From Scenedesmus sp. PABB004 (lineage: Eukaryota): 64,000 nucleotides of DNA. The notes beneath the pieces are model-generated. The model did no database searches. It was not told the DNA's origin and saw nothing but the letters and a program-made list of their open reading frames with translations. Location of the stretch: positions 62,001 through 126,000 of the forward strand of contig JABVCE010000036.1 in NCBI GenBank assembly GCA_014905635.1, written 5' to 3'. Of the stretch, positions 60,550 through 64,000 are shown piece after piece (positions within the stretch are counted from its first letter, which is position 1; the number at the start of each line of letters is the position of its first letter). Both the position numbers and the translations under genes were made by a program.

Positions 60550-60790
60550 CGAGGGCGCGACGCCGGTGGCGCCGGCGCCGCCCGCTGCGGGCGGCGACGA
60601 CGAGGCCACCGAGTCGGAGACGACGGAGGAACGCGCCGCCGCGGCCGACGCGGCGGGCGAGCGCGCCGCCGCGCCGGCAGGGGCGGGGGCCGACTCGGCG
60701 CCGGCGGTGGACGCCGCCGCTGCGCCTGCGGAGCCGGCGCCAGCGGCGAGCGACGACCCGCTCACGGAGGACGAGGCGGGCGCCGCGTGA
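56840..60790 (+). CDS. MPND: MPN domain-containing protein (RAMA domain + JAMM/MPN metalloprotease domain)
   Basis: RAMA: LKMLIDEGVLTP..LTVEYKG...DGRIRW, FESPSAFS...NP..KADDGWKTVKY. MPN: MDFHAHL..HEVIGLLAG, VVGWYHSHP...PSVIDIDNQ, AIVSPF. Confidence 0.88.
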
Positions 60791-61045
60791 GGAGCGCGGC
60801 GGGGTGCTGCTCCCTCGAGCTGTTGTGCACTTGGAGGTCAGGGTGACCGAACGTTGCTCTTTGGCGGCGGCGCGCAGGCGCCCGTAAGCAACCTTTCACG
60901 CTCGCAAGGGCTCAGCAACGCGACGGCACAAAGCCCTGCCACGCTCCGACACCGCGCACCCGACAGAGCAGGGCAGAGCGCACGCACAACAGCCCGCGGC
61001 GGCGCGGGGCGTCCCCGAATCGCCAGGCAGCGCGCCGCCGCCGCC

Positions 61046-63854
61046 ATGGAGCCGGCGTGGAGCCTGCGCCAGCTCTCGGTCTCCATGCTCAGCGCGGGCC
61101 GGGCCGGGACGATCGACAGCTTTGAGAGAGTGAGTGTGGCGGCCACGCGAAAGCCTGCGGAGCGCGGCGCCGGCGGCAGCGGCGCTGCTGCCAGAGCGGC
61201 GCGCGGCCCGCCGCGCTGCTGCGAGGGGCCGCGCAGCGAGCCACGTCTCGCTCGCTCTCTCCGTCGCCGCGCGGCCTCGCTCGCTCTCTGGCTGTCGCCG
61301 GCGGCCTGCGGCCGCACCTCACCGCTGCTGCTGCCGCGCTGGCCCACAAAAGCCCCGCGGCGCCGCGCCTGCCGCCCCCGCAGCTCATCCAGGAGACGTT
61401 TCAGTGGCGCGACGCTGATGCGGGGGCCAACCTGGAGATCCTCTTCCCCGGCGGCGCGGGGCTCGAGGAGCTCGGCACCTTGCCAGCAGGGCAGCAGGCC
61501 GCGCCGCCGGCGCCGCAGCAGCCGCAGCAGCCGCAGCAGCCGCAGCCGCAGCAGCCGCCACCGCTGGCGCAGGCGGCGCCGGCGCCCGTGCAGCTGCTGA
61601 GCCCGTTTGCGGGGCTGTCGGCCGACGCGCTCCTCGCGCCGCCGGCGCCGCTGCCGGGCGGCGTGTTTGGCGCCGCCAGCGGCGGGGGGCTGCACCCCGG
61701 CGCCGCCACCGCGGCGGGCGGCGCGCAGGACGCGATCGCGCGCGCCGCGTCGCTGGCGGCGCTGGCGGCGCAGCAGGCCGTGATGCAGCACGCGCAGGAG
61801 GCGCTGATGGCGGGCCTGGAGGGGCCCGGCGCGCTCGGCGCGGCGCCGCCCGTGCCGGTCGTCACGACGCAGCTGGCGGGCGGCGCCGGCGCGCGCGCGC
61901 CGGCGCCGGCGCCGGCGCCGCCAGCGGCGCCGGGCGACGCCAAGCCGCCGCCGAAGCGGCGCGGGCGGCCGCCCAAGGCGGACGGGCAGTACAGCGCCGC
62001 GTACCTGGCGCTGAAAAACTACCGCGCGCGCAAGAAGGGCGAGGTGCGCCGGGGGGGGGGGCTGGGAGCGCAGGACGCGGGCTGGGAGCGTAGCACGCCC
62101 GGCGGCCGGCCGCCGGCGCGGCCAACGGGCGCCGACGGCGGCGCCGCCGCCGCGCAGGTCGAGGCTATGGAGGCCGAGATTGCGGCCAAGCAGGCGCAGG
62201 TCGCGGCGCTGCTGGCTGAGAACGAGGCGCTGAAGCACAAGCAGGACGCGCTCGTCAGCACCATCGGCATCCAGGCGCGCCGCCCGCGCCCCCGCGCCCG
62301 CGGCCGCGGCTGGCTGCGCGCGGCGCCGCCGCGCCCCGCGCCCTCTGCGCCGACGCGCCGCCGCCGCGCCCTCGTCCGCCGTGCGCAGGACGGCATGGTC
62401 GCACAGCTGGCGGCGCTGCAGCTGGAGCAGGGCGGCGGCGGCGGCGGCGGCGGCGCCGGCGCCGGCGGCGCGAGCAGCGCCGCGCACGCGCTCGTCGCCG
62501 CGGTCACGGGCGAGGCGCAGCCCGGGGGCGAGCCGGAGGAGGCGAGCAATAACAACAACAGCAGCGGCCTCCCGCTCGGCGCCGGGACCGACTGGGCGGG
62601 CATCGCCGCGAGCCTGCCGCCGCCCGGCGCGCCGGCGCCGCCGCCGCCGGACGTGCCGGCGCTGCTGGCGCGGTACAAGGACTACGTGGCCGCCTGCGCG
62701 GCCGCGCTCGCGCGCCTCGCGGCCGCGCTGCAGGCGGCCGATCCGAACCGCTTCCCGCCGGGGCGCCCCGTGCCGCCGGGCGCGGTCGGGTCAGTGACGC
62801 CGCCCGAGGCGGCGGCCCTGGGCGTGGCCCTGCCGCGGCCGCCGTTCCGGCTGGCCGAGTTCCTCGCCCTCGGCAACGACGAGCGCATCCCGCCCGCGCT
62901 GCCGGCGATCAACCTGCTCACCGGGGTGCGCGCGGGACGCGCGCCGCCGCGGCTGCCGGTACCGCGGCGCGGCCACCTGGGCGGCCGGTCCCCGCGCCGC
63001 GCCGCCGCCGCCGCCTCGCGCGCCGCGTCACGCAGCGCTCGGCGCGCATGCACGCGCGCAGGTGCACGAGAGCATTGAACCCCAGATCTGGCGCGTCGTC
63101 GCGGGCACGCTGCGCCTGCGCCCGGGGCAGGCCGAGCGCCTTGGCGCGGCGTGGCGGCTCTATGCGGCGAGCCTGGACCGCGTGAACGAGGAGCGCGGCG
63201 GCCTCATGGCGCGGCTGCAGGCCGCGCTCGACACGGCGCAGCGCAGCGCCGCCGCCGCCGACGCGGCGGGCGTCGGCCTCGCCGCGGGCGGCGGCGTTCC
63301 GGGCGGCGCGCCGCCCGGCGGCGCCGGCGGCGGCGCTGCCGGCGCGCCGCGCCCGGGGCCCAACGACGCCGACGGCGCGTGGCTCATGACCGACGCGGCG
63401 CTGCTGGACGGCGTGCTCAACCAGGTGGGTGGGTGTGTGTGTGCGTGTGTGGGAGAGAGAGGGGCGCTGGGCGCGCTGGGCGCGCTGGGCGACCGCACCG
63501 CCGCCGCCGCGGTCTGGCCGCCCGGCTGGCGCCGGCAGGGCGAGTACTGGGAGCTGAGCGAGGCGATCGACGCCAACATGGCGCGCGAGGACGGGCTGAT
63601 GATACTCTACGACTACTCGCTCACACACCTGCTCGACGAGCTGCAGCTCGCGCAGGCGCGCGCGCCGCGCAGCCGCGCCGCCCACAGCCGCGCCGCCGGC
63701 GCATGCTGGCTGCGCTGAGTGACGCGCGCCACGCGCCGCGCCGAGCTGCCACGCGCCGCCCCGCCGCCGCCGCCGCCAGGTCGCGGTGAGCTGCTGGCCG
63801 TTCTTCCCGCTGATGGGGTCAATCAGTGCCTGGCTCGTGGGCGCCGCGGCGTGA
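61046..63854 (+). CDS. bZIP-like transcription factor with AT-hook-like motif
   Basis: KRRGRPPK, then basic ALKNYRARKK and heptad VEAMEAEIAAKQAQVAALLAENEALKHKQDAL. The C-terminal LLDELQLAQVAVSCWPFFP resembles chlorophyte bZIP tails. Confidence 0.7.
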
Positions 63855-64000
63855 GAGAGGAGGGCGCGCGGGCGGCCGCGCCGGCGGCGGCGCGCGGGCG
63901 GCGCGCGGTGGCCGGGCCGCGCGGCGGGCGAAGCGTTTGGCCCGCGGGGGCGTTTAGCGCGCCAGGCTGTGCGAGGGTCGGGAACCAGCGGCGGGAGGGC

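Noticed and set aside
1..64000. Hundreds of long overlapping ORFs rich in Arg/Ala/Pro/Gly on both strands
   Set aside because: Expected from the scarcity of stop codons at very high GC. Most run through introns or are antisense shadows of real exons.

Overview
Eukaryotic nuclear DNA, extremely GC-rich, with many short GC-rich introns, TGTAA-type poly(A) signals and CA/CAG microsatellites. This is typical of a chlorophyte green alga, most like Sphaeropleales/Selenastraceae such as Raphidocelis; the taxon is inferred from sequence style. The supplied ORF track is largely spurious because of the GC bias, so genes were rebuilt by eye from exons and conserved motifs. About 20 intron-containing genes are supported: a partial helical-repeat protein, PanK2, YbaB/EbfC, DGAT2, meckelin/TMEM67, 3-dehydroquinate synthase, a bacterial-type Dph6-like ATPase, two tandem secreted tyrosinases, ERGIC3, a COA3-like micro-protein, MGMT, S6 kinase, EMC2, DJ-1/PfpI, an AIM-bearing membrane protein, RAMA+MPN (MPND), a bZIP-like factor and several unknowns. 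Two tRNA-Thr(AGT) genes are also present. The most unusual structure is a ~2.2 kb fold-back palindrome (3513-5670) carrying both tRNA copies. It is fused to an inverted copy of the meckelin promoter and start codon (5681-6303 vs 21089-21712), so inverted promoter copies bracket a ~15 kb four-gene block. Other points of interest are a likely bicistronic COA3-like/MGMT locus (14-nt spacer), a Cys-rich uORF before S6K, frequent GC-AG introns and two homopolymer frameshifts. Exon boundaries are manual and approximate.
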